This document shows, piece by piece, positions 16,501-26,300 of a DNA stretch of 30,726 bases. Location: positions 1 through 30,726 of IMG/VR virus record IMGVR_UViG_3300011335_000067; one strand, 5' to 3'. Position 1 is the first letter of the stretch. Each line of letters opens with the position of its first letter. The notes beneath the pieces were generated by a model. The model was not told where the DNA came from and made no database searches. It worked only from the letters and a program-made list of their open reading frames with translations. Source of the DNA: a virus. Lineage: Duplodnaviria > Caudoviricetes. The translations under genes and the position numbers were made by a program.

Positions 16501-16620
16501 ATGAATAGCCATGATTGGGAAGAACCAAACCCTGCTCCAAAGCAAAAAGAAATTCCTGTTGGCGAAGTAAAAAATAAGCTTACTTTGCCACAAGAATATC
16601 AAGATAAGAATGTTTTATGA
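16501..16620 (+). CDS. 39-aa hypothetical ORF (not in ORF track)
   Basis: Translates to MNSHDWEEPNPAPKQKEIPVGEVKNKLTLPQEYQDKNVL and fills the gap, but has no clear RBS. Confidence 0.35.
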   Translation: MNSHDWEEPNPAPKQKEIPVGEVKNKLTLPQEYQDKNVL

Positions 16621-16651
16621 CCCAATCAATTAACATAACGCAACTTTAAGT

Positions 16652-16885
16652 ATGGAACTACAACAACTAATTAATGTAATTCTTGGTGCAACCATGTCCG
16701 TAGTAGGGTGGTTTGCCAGAGAACTATGGGCAGCAGTCAAAGAACTAAAGTACGATTTATCTAGGATGCGTGAAGATTTGCCTAAAACTTATATAGCTCG
16801 TGATGACTATAAAGATGACATCCGGGACATTAGAGATATGTTATCTAAGATATTTGATAAGTTAGATAATAAACAAGACAAGTAG
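16652..16885 (+). CDS. Small membrane-anchored coiled-coil protein
   Basis: N-terminal hydrophobic helix (LINVILGATMSVVGWFA) followed by a charged helix. Confidence 0.75.
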   Translation: MELQQLINVILGATMSVVGWFARELWAAVKELKYDLSRMREDLPKTYIARDDYKDDIRDIRDMLSKIFDKLDNKQDK

Positions 16886-16924
16886 ATATACGTACATTAC
16901 TTAATATGTTATTAGGAACAAACA

Positions 16925-17212
16925 ATGGCAACTACTTACTTTATAGACAACTCTACTCCTATAGTTGCTGCATGGCTTAACGATGTAAACAACTATGTAT
17001 ACCAAGGTAGACTACGTGGAACAGTTACAGCTACGTCTGGACAAACTGTATTTACAGTTCCCTTTACATACACTGTTGGTGCTAAAACTTTAGATGTGTA
17101 TATCAATGGTGTACGACAAATACTAAGTTCTAGTTATACAGAAACTACATCAACAACTATTACGTTTACTGAAGGTGTTCCAGTTACTGCTCTTGTAGAG
17201 TTTATAGGTTAA
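16925..17212 (+). CDS. Small virion protein: fibre-anchor-like N-terminus plus a beta domain
   Basis: WLNDVN motif shared with 12233; ATSGQTVF...LDVYINGVRQ...YTET. Confidence 0.75.
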   Translation: MATTYFIDNSTPIVAAWLNDVNNYVYQGRLRGTVTATSGQTVFTVPFTYTVGAKTLDVYINGVRQILSSSYTETTSTTITFTEGVPVTALVEFIG

Positions 17213-17217
17213 GTACC

Positions 17218-17625
17218 ATGTCTAAACCAAGATTTGATTCAGGGTCTTGGCTTGTAATCTGTGATGTCTGCGGTAGAGAGTACAAGTCTAACGATTTACG
17301 ATTGCGCTGGGATGGATTGATGGTATGTGATGGGGATTGGGAACCTAGACAACCTCAAGACTTTGTACATGGTGTAGCAGATAAAATAGTACCACCTTTT
17401 ACTAGACCAGAACCAGCGGATATATTTGCTTTTGTATGTACACCTATTACCACTCAGGGTATAGCAGACTATGGACAAGCAGATTGTGCTAGAGCAGATA
17501 TAGATAATGGCAATCGTCCTATATGTACCCTAGAAGGTACTCAAGCTATATCCTTTCAAGCTATTGCTGGATGTGCTGTAGCAGGTAAAACAGCTCCTAA
17601 TTTAAATGAATTTCTAATAGGATAA
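17218..17625 (+). CDS. Cys-rich protein with CxxC motif and internal repeat
   Basis: ICDVCG...WDGLMVC..DWEPRQPQ; two 29-aa-spaced C-x15-C units. Confidence 0.8.
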   Translation: MSKPRFDSGSWLVICDVCGREYKSNDLRLRWDGLMVCDGDWEPRQPQDFVHGVADKIVPPFTRPEPADIFAFVCTPITTQGIADYGQADCARADIDNGNRPICTLEGTQAISFQAIAGCAVAGKTAPNLNEFLIG

Positions 17626-17629
17626 AACA

Positions 17630-18394
17630 ATGAGTTCTACCTACACTATTTCTCGTGATCAGATTATCTCTTTAGCACTTCGTAAACTAGGTGTACTTGA
17701 GATAGGTGCTGTGCCTGATACCGATACCATTGATAACGCTTCTATATCTTTAAATCTTTTAATTAAGCAATTTAGTATAGAGGGTTTAAAACTATGGAAA
17801 AACTCAGAGCTTATTATTCCTCTGATTACTAACCAGAGTACTTACATCTTAGGTGGATCTACATCTACATTGATGTATGACTCTCTTAATCCTACTGTAG
17901 CTATTACTGATAGACCCCTAAAGGTTATACAAGGGTTCTACCGTAACAATAGTGTTAGTCCATACATAGACATACCAGTGATGGTTATTTCTAAACAAGA
18001 GTATAACGTCATAGGCTCTAAGTTTTCTACTGGTACAGCTAACACTATCTTCTACGATACTAAAAAACTTAATGGTGTGTTGTATGTGTACTTAACACCT
18101 GATGTTAATACTAGTACTAACATGGAACTTCATATTGTTGCTCAACTTCCTTTAGATGACTTGTCTACTGCTCTTGGCATACCAGACTTTCCTAATGAAT
18201 GGATGAACTGTTTGGTGTGGAATCTTGCTGATCAACTATCTCTTGAGTATGGGGTTCCTATGAACTCTAGACAAGAGATTGCTATGCGTGCAGGTACTTA
18301 TAAAACATTGCTAACTGATTGGGATGTAGAGGCTGCTAGTACATTTTTTGCTCCAGACTTTAGGTCTACTGGTAACAGTTCTTATACAGGTTAA
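17630..18394 (+). CDS. Head-tail adaptor (P22 gp4-like)
   Basis: DQIISLALRKLGVL N-terminus and LVWNLADQLSLEYG C-terminus; precedes the gp10-like gene. Confidence 0.7.
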   Translation: MSSTYTISRDQIISLALRKLGVLEIGAVPDTDTIDNASISLNLLIKQFSIEGLKLWKNSELIIPLITNQSTYILGGSTSTLMYDSLNPTVAITDRPLKVIQGFYRNNSVSPYIDIPVMVISKQEYNVIGSKFSTGTANTIFYDTKKLNGVLYVYLTPDVNTSTNMELHIVAQLPLDDLSTALGIPDFPNEWMNCLVWNLADQLSLEYGVPMNSRQEIAMRAGTYKTLLTDWDVEAASTFFAPDFRSTGNSSYTG

Positions 18395-18396
18395 GT

Positions 18397-20292
18397 ATGG
18401 CTACAGAACGTATCCCCCTTACCCAACCTATTGAAAGTCGAGATGGTACTTTCAGTAAAGATTCCTATTCTTCTAATTGTGTGTTTGAAACTAGGAATCA
18501 AAAAAGAGAGTTTGTTAAAAGACCTGGACTTGTTTTTGTAAAACAAGTAACACCTGTTACTCCTCCTGCTAGTACACCTAGTCAAGGACTAGCTAGTTTT
18601 AACAACAAGATTATTTCTGTTATTAATAACACGGTATACCAAATCAATCCAACTGGATATGCAGTCACTACTGTGGGTACAACCTCTGCCTCAACTAGTC
18701 AAAGTTACTTTGTTAGAACCTTTTTAGATGCGTATTTGTTTATGCACAACAAGGTTAATGGGTACTTGTACAAGAAGTCTGATTCTTCTTTTACTGCTAT
18801 TACTAACGACAAGATTGTGAGTATTAGCATTGATAACGAGGGTATTAACTATAGCTCTGGAATTACTTTAAGTTTTTCTGGTGGTGGAGTTGTTGCTACT
18901 GCTACTGTTGTTAGTGGAAGTATTTCTACTATAACAATAACTAATAATGGTAGTGGCTTATCTTCTGCTCCTACTTGTACTGTTAATAAACCTGCTAATG
19001 CAACTCCTACTGCTACAGGTACTATAGCTTTGTTTACTATTGTTGTATCAAGTGCTACAGGTATTTATACAGGTATGTACGCTTCTGGTACAGGTGTAGC
19101 TCCTAACGCTACAGTTACAAATATTAATGGAACTACTATTAGTTTAAGTATTGCAAACACAGGTGCTGTATCTGGGACTGTTACCTTTGCAGATAATGGT
19201 TCTAGTGCTGTACTAACTCCCATTCTTTCTGCATTCCCTACTGGGCCGTATGTATCTGGAGCAGTATTTTTAGATAACTATGTGTTTATTGGTACAACTA
19301 GTAATCGTATATACAACTCTAATGTTGGTGATCCAACATCTTGGAATCCTTTAAACTACCTTACTTTTGAACAAACTACAGATACTCTAATAGGCATTGC
19401 TAAGCATCTTAATTACTTAGTAGCTTTTGGTAAGACTAGTATGCAGCTTTACTATGACACTGGTTCTGCTGTAGGTTCTCCATTAACTACAGCACAAAGT
19501 TATACATCTGAAATAGGTTGTGCCAATGGGGATAGCATAGTAGCTGCTGATGGTACTGTTCTTTGGGTAGGTACTAGTAAAACTAATGGTCGTTGTGTAT
19601 ACCTTATGGATGGTGTTGCTGCTGTTAAGATTTCTACAGACAATATAGATAAACATCTAGAAGCAGATGATATGAGTAAAGTAACTGCTTACTGCTATAA
19701 GTTTGGTGGACATACTCTTTATATACTAACTCTTCACAACACTAATCAAACCCTAGTGTTTGATATAAATGAGAAGATGTGGTATCAATGGACACAATAT
19801 GCAATAGCTTCTACTGGTCAACCTAATGCAGGTAGTTATGTAGAATCTTATTTCCGTCCTAGTTTTTATGCTGAAGTAAATGCTATTCCGTATGTGTTAG
19901 ATGATGACACAGCAAATATATATTATTTTGATGTAGACACATACCAAGATAATGGACAAGCTATATACTGTAGAACAGTTACAGATCTTAATGACAATGG
20001 AATTACTAAACGTAAATTCTACGGTAGGCTAGAGATTGTTGGTGACAAGGTGGCAGGTACTATGCAAGTACGTCACACAGGAAATGACTATAACTCTTGG
20101 TCTAACTATAGGTCTGTTGATCTTAATGCTTCTAGATCACAGATATATCTAGGTGGTGCAGATCGTCGTAGAGCTTGGGAGTTTCTCTGTACTAGTAATG
20201 TACCTCTTCGTCTTGATGCTGCTGAAATAGATTTTAGAATAGGTGAGATGGATCAAGAACAAAGTGTTGGCGGTGGAAGTTATAGGGGTTAA
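18397..20292 (+). CDS. Tail hub / DNA stabilisation protein (P22 gp10-like)
   Basis: KRPGL near the N-terminus, beta-propeller-type repeats (FLDNYVF, IGC), LGGADRRRAWEF C-terminus. Confidence 0.8.
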   Translation: MATERIPLTQPIESRDGTFSKDSYSSNCVFETRNQKREFVKRPGLVFVKQVTPVTPPASTPSQGLASFNNKIISVINNTVYQINPTGYAVTTVGTTSASTSQSYFVRTFLDAYLFMHNKVNGYLYKKSDSSFTAITNDKIVSISIDNEGINYSSGITLSFSGGGVVATATVVSGSISTITITNNGSGLSSAPTCTVNKPANATPTATGTIALFTIVVSSATGIYTGMYASGTGVAPNATVTNINGTTISLSIANTGAVSGTVTFADNGSSAVLTPILSAFPTGPYVSGAVFLDNYVFIGTTSNRIYNSNVGDPTSWNPLNYLTFEQTTDTLIGIAKHLNYLVAFGKTSMQLYYDTGSAVGSPLTTAQSYTSEIGCANGDSIVAADGTVLWVGTSKTNGRCVYLMDGVAAVKISTDNIDKHLEADDMSKVTAYCYKFGGHTLYILTLHNTNQTLVFDINEKMWYQWTQYAIASTGQPNAGSYVESYFRPSFYAEVNAIPYVLDDDTANIYYFDVDTYQDNGQAIYCRTVTDLNDNGITKRKFYGRLEIVGDKVAGTMQVRHTGNDYNSWSNYRSVDLNASRSQIYLGGADRRRAWEFLCTSNVPLRLDAAEIDFRIGEMDQEQSVGGGSYRG

Positions 20293-20294
20293 TT

Positions 20295-21197
20295 GTGGAA
20301 CAACTTATAGACACTATTAACTCTGTTGCAACCAAACCAGATTTTGATCTTCGTACTACAGATAGTAAACTAGCTTTAGCTAAAGTTATGTTGGGACATG
20401 AGCAAACTCCTAATTCAATCATCCATAGATTTGGTGGTGGGTTGTATATCAGAGAAGCTCATTATCCAAAGGATACTTTAATTGTTGGTCAAGAGCATCT
20501 CTCTGAACATATGAATGTACTTCTTAAAGGAAGCATCAATGTTATTGATGGAGATGGTTTTATACAAACACTTACGGCTCCCCATATGTTTGTGGCTAAA
20601 GCTGGTAGCAAAATTGGTTACACACTAGAGGATGTTGTGTGGCAAAATATCTATGTTACTAGTAGCACAGATGTTGAATACTTAGAGTCTGTGTTATTTA
20701 AGTCTCCTGATATTCTCAAGCAACATCAGCAAGACAAACTAACTCTAGATAGTTCTAAGCACGAAGAAGATCGCCAAGACTTCTTAAGTATGGTTAAAGA
20801 GTCTGGCTGGACTCTTGAAGACATTGAGTTAGCATCTAAACATAGAGAAGATTGTATTCCTCTTCCAGATGGAAGTTACAGCATTTGTTCTGGTAACTCC
20901 CCGATCCAAGGTAAAGGAATGTTTTCTACTGCTGTGATTAAACAACATAGCATTATTGCACCTATGAGATTAGGTGGTTATAGAACTCCTGCTGGATATC
21001 TTGTTAACCACTCTAAAACTCCTAATGCAGTAGTTTTTAAAAATGATTTAGGTGATATGTTCTTAGTAGCATTTCGGGACATAGGTGGTATGGCTGGTGG
21101 TGATCTAGGTGAAGAGATAACTTTAGACTATAGGCAAGTCATGCAATTAAACAATCTTTGGAAAGGGACTAACAAATGTCTGCTGGAATCTCACTAA
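20295..21197 (+). CDS. Cupin-like + SET-domain fusion (putative protein-lysine methyltransferase)
   Basis: N-terminal HRFGGGLYIRE...GQEHLSEH cupin-like segment. C-terminal SET motifs SPIQGKGMFS, NHSKTPN, RDI and GEEITLDY. Confidence 0.85.
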   Translation: MEQLIDTINSVATKPDFDLRTTDSKLALAKVMLGHEQTPNSIIHRFGGGLYIREAHYPKDTLIVGQEHLSEHMNVLLKGSINVIDGDGFIQTLTAPHMFVAKAGSKIGYTLEDVVWQNIYVTSSTDVEYLESVLFKSPDILKQHQQDKLTLDSSKHEEDRQDFLSMVKESGWTLEDIELASKHREDCIPLPDGSYSICSGNSPIQGKGMFSTAVIKQHSIIAPMRLGGYRTPAGYLVNHSKTPNAVVFKNDLGDMFLVAFRDIGGMAGGDLGEEITLDYRQVMQLNNLWKGTNKCLLESH

Positions 21198-21790
21198 CCA
21201 CACTAGCTTCTGTTGTAGGTATTGCTGGTGGTATTAAATCTTTAACTAGTAGTAGTGGGGGTGGTGGTGGTGCTGCACAAGCACAATACCAACAAGCTGC
21301 TGATCCTTTTTCAGGATACCGTAGTCAATTAGGAGAAATGTATGCTGGTGCTTTACAACCTGGAGCTACTAGTAACATTCAAAATATGCCGGGGTACACA
21401 CAGTTTAATACTGGTGTAATGCAACCGGCTATGCAAGCTTCTCAAAGGGCTGCTGCTGCTACTGGAAACTTGTACTCAGGGGCAGAGCAACTACAACTTC
21501 AAAAGGTTGGACAACAAGGCTACTATGGCTTTATGAGTGACTATTTAAATCGGCTTGCTCAAGGTAGTGGTGCTGTTAATAATCCTGCTCAAGCTGCTAC
21601 TTTGGGATATAACGCACAAAACCAATCTGATCAATCCTTTATGCAAGGTTTAGGGGGTATTGCACAAGGTCTTAAAGGTTTTGCTTCTAGTGGTACTACA
21701 AACCTTCCTGCTGGTTATGATACTCCTCAGTTACAGGGTGGTTATAACCCAGGTGTAACTAATCCTGTTCCAGGATACCAGTATGAGTAA
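21176..21790 (+). CDS. DNA ejection/pilot protein (P22 gp7-like)
   Basis: Hydrophobic Gly/Ala N-terminus, Q/A/G-rich body, PGYTQF and AAAATGNLYSG motifs. Confidence 0.7.
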   Translation: MSAGISLTTLASVVGIAGGIKSLTSSSGGGGGAAQAQYQQAADPFSGYRSQLGEMYAGALQPGATSNIQNMPGYTQFNTGVMQPAMQASQRAAAATGNLYSGAEQLQLQKVGQQGYYGFMSDYLNRLAQGSGAVNNPAQAATLGYNAQNQSDQSFMQGLGGIAQGLKGFASSGTTNLPAGYDTPQLQGGYNPGVTNPVPGYQYE

Positions 21791-21839
21791 CCTGTTGCAA
21801 ACTTCTATGACTAAACACTGCTCAATAGGACAATAAATT

Positions 21840-23357
21840 ATGGCCTATCTAATGTCAGATCTAGCTGAAGGCAGTAAAGCTGCTCTTCAGTTACAACAAA
21901 ATATGGCTGCTGCTCCCTATGTGGAACAACAAGCTTCTGCTGCCGCAGAAAAAACACAACTTGATCTCTCACAAGAACGTCTTAAAGCTGCCTATGCTCC
22001 ACAAGAATTTGCACTTAAAGCTGAACAAGATGCTGCTACTTTAGAAAAAAATAAGTTTGCTAATGTAGTTCTTGGGGCTAACATCAAGTTAACTGATGAC
22101 AAGAATAAAGCTGTTAAAGCATTAATGGCAGGAGAAGGTTGGTCTACTAAAAGCTTTAGTGAAAAAGGTACAGCTATTGCTGCTGCTTGGTTTGATAGTG
22201 ATCCTGCTGCTGCCGCAGATATGCTAAAAGAAGTAAATGCTTTTAACACTAAAGATGCTCAAACTAGAGCAGCTCAAAACAAAGTAGATTATGAAACACT
22301 AGCTGAAGTTAACGCTATTGTTTCTAATCTTCCTGAAGGTGAAATTGAAGGTGTTCTTAATGGTCTTCCTGAGAATAGTAGAAAACTAATTGTCTCTAAA
22401 GTAGGAGAAGACAATTGGAAAAAAACTACTCCTGCTCAAAAGAAAGCAATTATTAAAGAACTGTTTAAAGGCCCAGCACAACAACTTACTGATGAAATTA
22501 AAACGTTTCACGATCAGACACAATTAGAAATAGCTAAGATACGTAAAGAGGCAGTTGTATATACAGCAAATCAAGCAACTATACGTAAAAGTATTGGTCG
22601 TGGTGATGGCAGTGCTAATGACAAACAAGAAGCAGCAAACTTTAAAACCCTAACAACCTTTGATGAGAAGCAACAAAGACTTGATGATAAGGAAAACATA
22701 CCTCTTCAAAAAGAAGTTGATAAAGCTGATGAAGCTCGTATAGCTAGTAAAAAAGGATTTCTTTGGGATAGTGACACGCCAACAGAAGCTAGTGAAAGAG
22801 CATATCGTACAGCAGTAGATAAGTTGAATGCTAAACAAAGAAAACAAATTGAACGTAGACTTGCTGTTGCTAAATCTGCTCCAGACTATGATGGTAAAGC
22901 TGATTACATGGATTTTATTAAGCAAGAACTTGATCTATTACCACCTCCTGATAAGAAAGAAACTGGTGCTCCAACTCCAGAAGCTGTACTAGCAACTCCT
23001 CCAGCTAAAGGAGGTTCTTCTATGCTTGATTTGTTACCCGGTAAGATGTCTCCTGCTGCCGCTGCGGACTCTACCTCTAAAGCTATTTCTGTAGTTGATG
23101 TAGGCAAAGGTATTAAAGTTAGTTCTAGTTTAAGCACTAGAGATATTGAAATACTTAAAAGCATGAAAGATGCAACAGTATCTCCAGGAGAAATGTGGGA
23201 TAGAGTTGATGGCAAGTTAAAGATTATTCCTGCTGCTACTAGTAACAAATATACTCAGGACAATCCTGCTAAACCTACTAGTAAAGCAGAGTACGACAAG
23301 CTTCCACCCGGTAGTTATTACGAACAAGATGGTGCTGTAAAACGTAAGAAGGGTTAA
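21840..23357 (+). CDS. Internal virion/ejection protein (gp20-like position)
   Basis: Ala/Gln/Lys helical protein ending EYDKLPPGSYYEQDGAVKRKKG. Confidence 0.65.
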   Translation: MAYLMSDLAEGSKAALQLQQNMAAAPYVEQQASAAAEKTQLDLSQERLKAAYAPQEFALKAEQDAATLEKNKFANVVLGANIKLTDDKNKAVKALMAGEGWSTKSFSEKGTAIAAAWFDSDPAAAADMLKEVNAFNTKDAQTRAAQNKVDYETLAEVNAIVSNLPEGEIEGVLNGLPENSRKLIVSKVGEDNWKKTTPAQKKAIIKELFKGPAQQLTDEIKTFHDQTQLEIAKIRKEAVVYTANQATIRKSIGRGDGSANDKQEAANFKTLTTFDEKQQRLDDKENIPLQKEVDKADEARIASKKGFLWDSDTPTEASERAYRTAVDKLNAKQRKQIERRLAVAKSAPDYDGKADYMDFIKQELDLLPPPDKKETGAPTPEAVLATPPAKGGSSMLDLLPGKMSPAAAADSTSKAISVVDVGKGIKVSSSLSTRDIEILKSMKDATVSPGEMWDRVDGKLKIIPAATSNKYTQDNPAKPTSKAEYDKLPPGSYYEQDGAVKRKKG

Positions 23358-23359
23358 TC

Positions 23360-26300
23360 ATGGCTAACTTTGGACAAGAAGACGAAGTTGTCTCTAAACC
23401 TTCTGCTGCTCCTCCTGTTGCTAAATCTTCTTGGGGTGCTGATGATGAAGTTGTAAATAAACCTTCTGAAGATCGTGTTAGTAATCTATCTCTAAGCGAG
23501 TTAATCACTGGCAAAAAGAAAGAGATTCCTACAACTGCTGGTGGAACCTTTGCTCGTTCTGCTGCTGAATCTGCGGCTGCTACTCCTGCTGCTTTGTTAG
23601 GAGCTAGAGCAGGATTTGCTTTAACTCCTCCTGTACTTCCTGTTGTTGGCCCTTTTGCTAAACCTATTGGTGGAGTAGTGGGAGCTATCGCTGGTGGTCT
23701 TTTAGGTGCTGAAGGTATTGATGCAATTGAGGGTGCTGTAGATTCTGTTTTTGGTACTAATATTAGGAACACTAAAAAACAACAACAAAAAGAATATCCA
23801 ACTGCTGCTTTACTTGGACAAGTAATAGGTGGTGCAGTTAACCCTTGGATGAAAATTGGTTTGGCAGGTAGTGCTAAAGAAGCTGCTTTAGGTGCTGGTG
23901 TTATGGCTGGTGTTGGTGCTGGTGGTCGTGCAGTAAGTGGCGGTGATATTTTTGATCCCAAAGCTATTGGTGCAGACATCTTTGCTGGTGGACTTACTAC
24001 ACCTAGAGATCGTGGTAAACGTTTGTTAGGTCTAGATGTGCCTGAACGTAAAAGTATCCATAGTTTTGAGAATGAAACTGGTCTGCCTCCAGAACAACCT
24101 TCTGTAAGAAACGGTGCTACACCAGAAAAAATACAAGCTTTTGTTGATGAGTTGAAAATAAACAAAACTAAAAAAGATGCTCAAGCTAAAGTAGTACAAA
24201 CTGCGTTTAAAAACAATGAGACTGGTGAACTAGAACTTTACGGGCCTATACATGACCCTGTTCGTAAAACCGAAACTGTTGATACCCATACCCAAGGTTT
24301 TATAGATGAGAACGGTAACTTCTTAGATCGTAAAGAAGCTTGGAATCGTGCTAGAGATTTAGGACAAGTAGAAGAACTTTCAGACATTAAAGTAGGTTTA
24401 CAAAGTAGTGACTTGCGTGCTGCCAATGATAAAAACTTTGAGTTTTTTAATGTGCCAGAAACTTTAGAAGGAGTACCTATAACCATAGATAAAACTATGA
24501 CACGTAAAACAGATGGTACTAAAGTTGGTGCTAGGTATAAACGTGAGACTAATGAAATCTCTATAGATCCCGAACATATCTACAATCAGTTTGTAGATAA
24601 AGCTTGGTCTAAACCTAAAGTTGAGGGTGTGTTTCCTATATCAGAAAATGCTTTTAAAACTCCTCAAGAGTGGGCTGATTTTGTACTTCAGCATGAAGCA
24701 GAGCACGTTAAAACTCCTATAGCTGAAGGTCAAACTAAAGCTCAATACGAAAATCAAACTAACAAAGCTGCTTTAGAGGTTATTGCTGAAAAGAAAGCTA
24801 AAGCTACTGATACTCCTGTTGAACCTATTCCTCTTTCTGAAACGGTAGTGCCAGTAGATCGTACTAAAACTGATCCTCGTGACATTAAAGACCAACAAGA
24901 ATTTAAAGACATTGCCCAAGAAATCTATGAAAAACATGGAGAAGTAGAAGCTGTTAAATTCTACGAAGGCTATGAGCAATATAAACAAAGTTGGAATGAA
25001 TCTATTGCAGAAACAGAAAAGTTTGTTGGTACTAACCTTAGAGCCAAAGCTGCTGATGAACGTATCATCCACAACAATACTAGCGACCTTAAAGCTTTAG
25101 CAGGTAAAGAAGTTAATCTTACTGACCTTACTTATGCTATAGATAAAGGTGATGTTTTAACAGGCAAAGCTAAAGAAGTTGCAGATAAGTTCCGTACTCT
25201 AATGGATGACCTTGGTAAAAAGGCTTTAGAGAATGGTGTTATCAAAGGTTGGCATCAAGATTATGTAGCTCGTAATGTAGTCACAGAAGGTGCTGCTCCA
25301 CCTACTGCTATACAAGAGTTTATACGTGATGTCTTTGGCTACGAGAAGGGTGTCAGTGGTGCTAAGACTACTACTAAGTATGGTCAACAACGTAAGCTTG
25401 AGACTAGACAAGATTTAGTAGATCACCTAGAAGGCATTAATAGTTGGTTAACAGTAAAAGGTCTTGACTATCGCTTTAAACTTAAGTCTGACAATCTAGC
25501 TGACATCTACCACGACTATGCTTTGTCTGTTGAAAAAGCTATAGAAAACAAAAACCTAATCAACAATCTAAAGCAGATTAGAAATGCAAATGGCGAATCT
25601 TTAATTCGTCCTATTACTCCTGAAGATCCATTGCCTTACCAATGGGAAGTAATGGATAACTCAGAACTAGCTGGATATGCTGTTCATCCAGATTTAATAC
25701 CACATCTAAAGTTTGTCTTTGATGCTGCTCCGGGTGAACTAATGAATGCGTTAGGGAGCATATCCCAGTTTGTAAAACGTATTAACGTTGTTGGTAGTTT
25801 CTTTCATGCTAAGTCTTTGATGGAAGTTATGTCTAGTACTGGCATTCCAATTTGGACACCACTAAAAGAAGCTATTGTGTTGCCTTTAGTAGAGAAAGGT
25901 GTTAAAGCTATTACTGGTAAAGACATACAACTGTCTGCTATCTCTAAAGCTGTTGAACAGTTTAAAAAAGGTGGTGTAGGTACTAGTGTTGACAAGTGGA
26001 TTAGAGAAGATGGACTCCAATTAGAAGTTCCTGAAGATGTTTCTAAGAACATTTTGAGTGCTTCAGGAAAGCTTGTTGATAGCCTAATAAGTAAGTTTGG
26101 CCCTAAGACTCGTGTTCTTGAAAAGTCTTTGACTACAGTTGAAAAGTACACACTAGGTTACTTTGATAAGTACACCTGGGATTACTTGCATACTGGTGGA
26201 AAACTAATGGTAGCTGAAGCTTACCTAGATAAAGCACGCTTGGGTGCTGCTAAAGAAGGCAGGCCTTTTGATGAGTCTGCAAGTCGTAAAGAAATTGCTA

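Noticed and set aside
23278-24165. 295-aa antisense ORF (and the other short antisense or nested ORFs in the track)
   Set aside because: Explained by the GCT/GGT codon bias of the plus-strand genes; no RBS or recognisable motifs.
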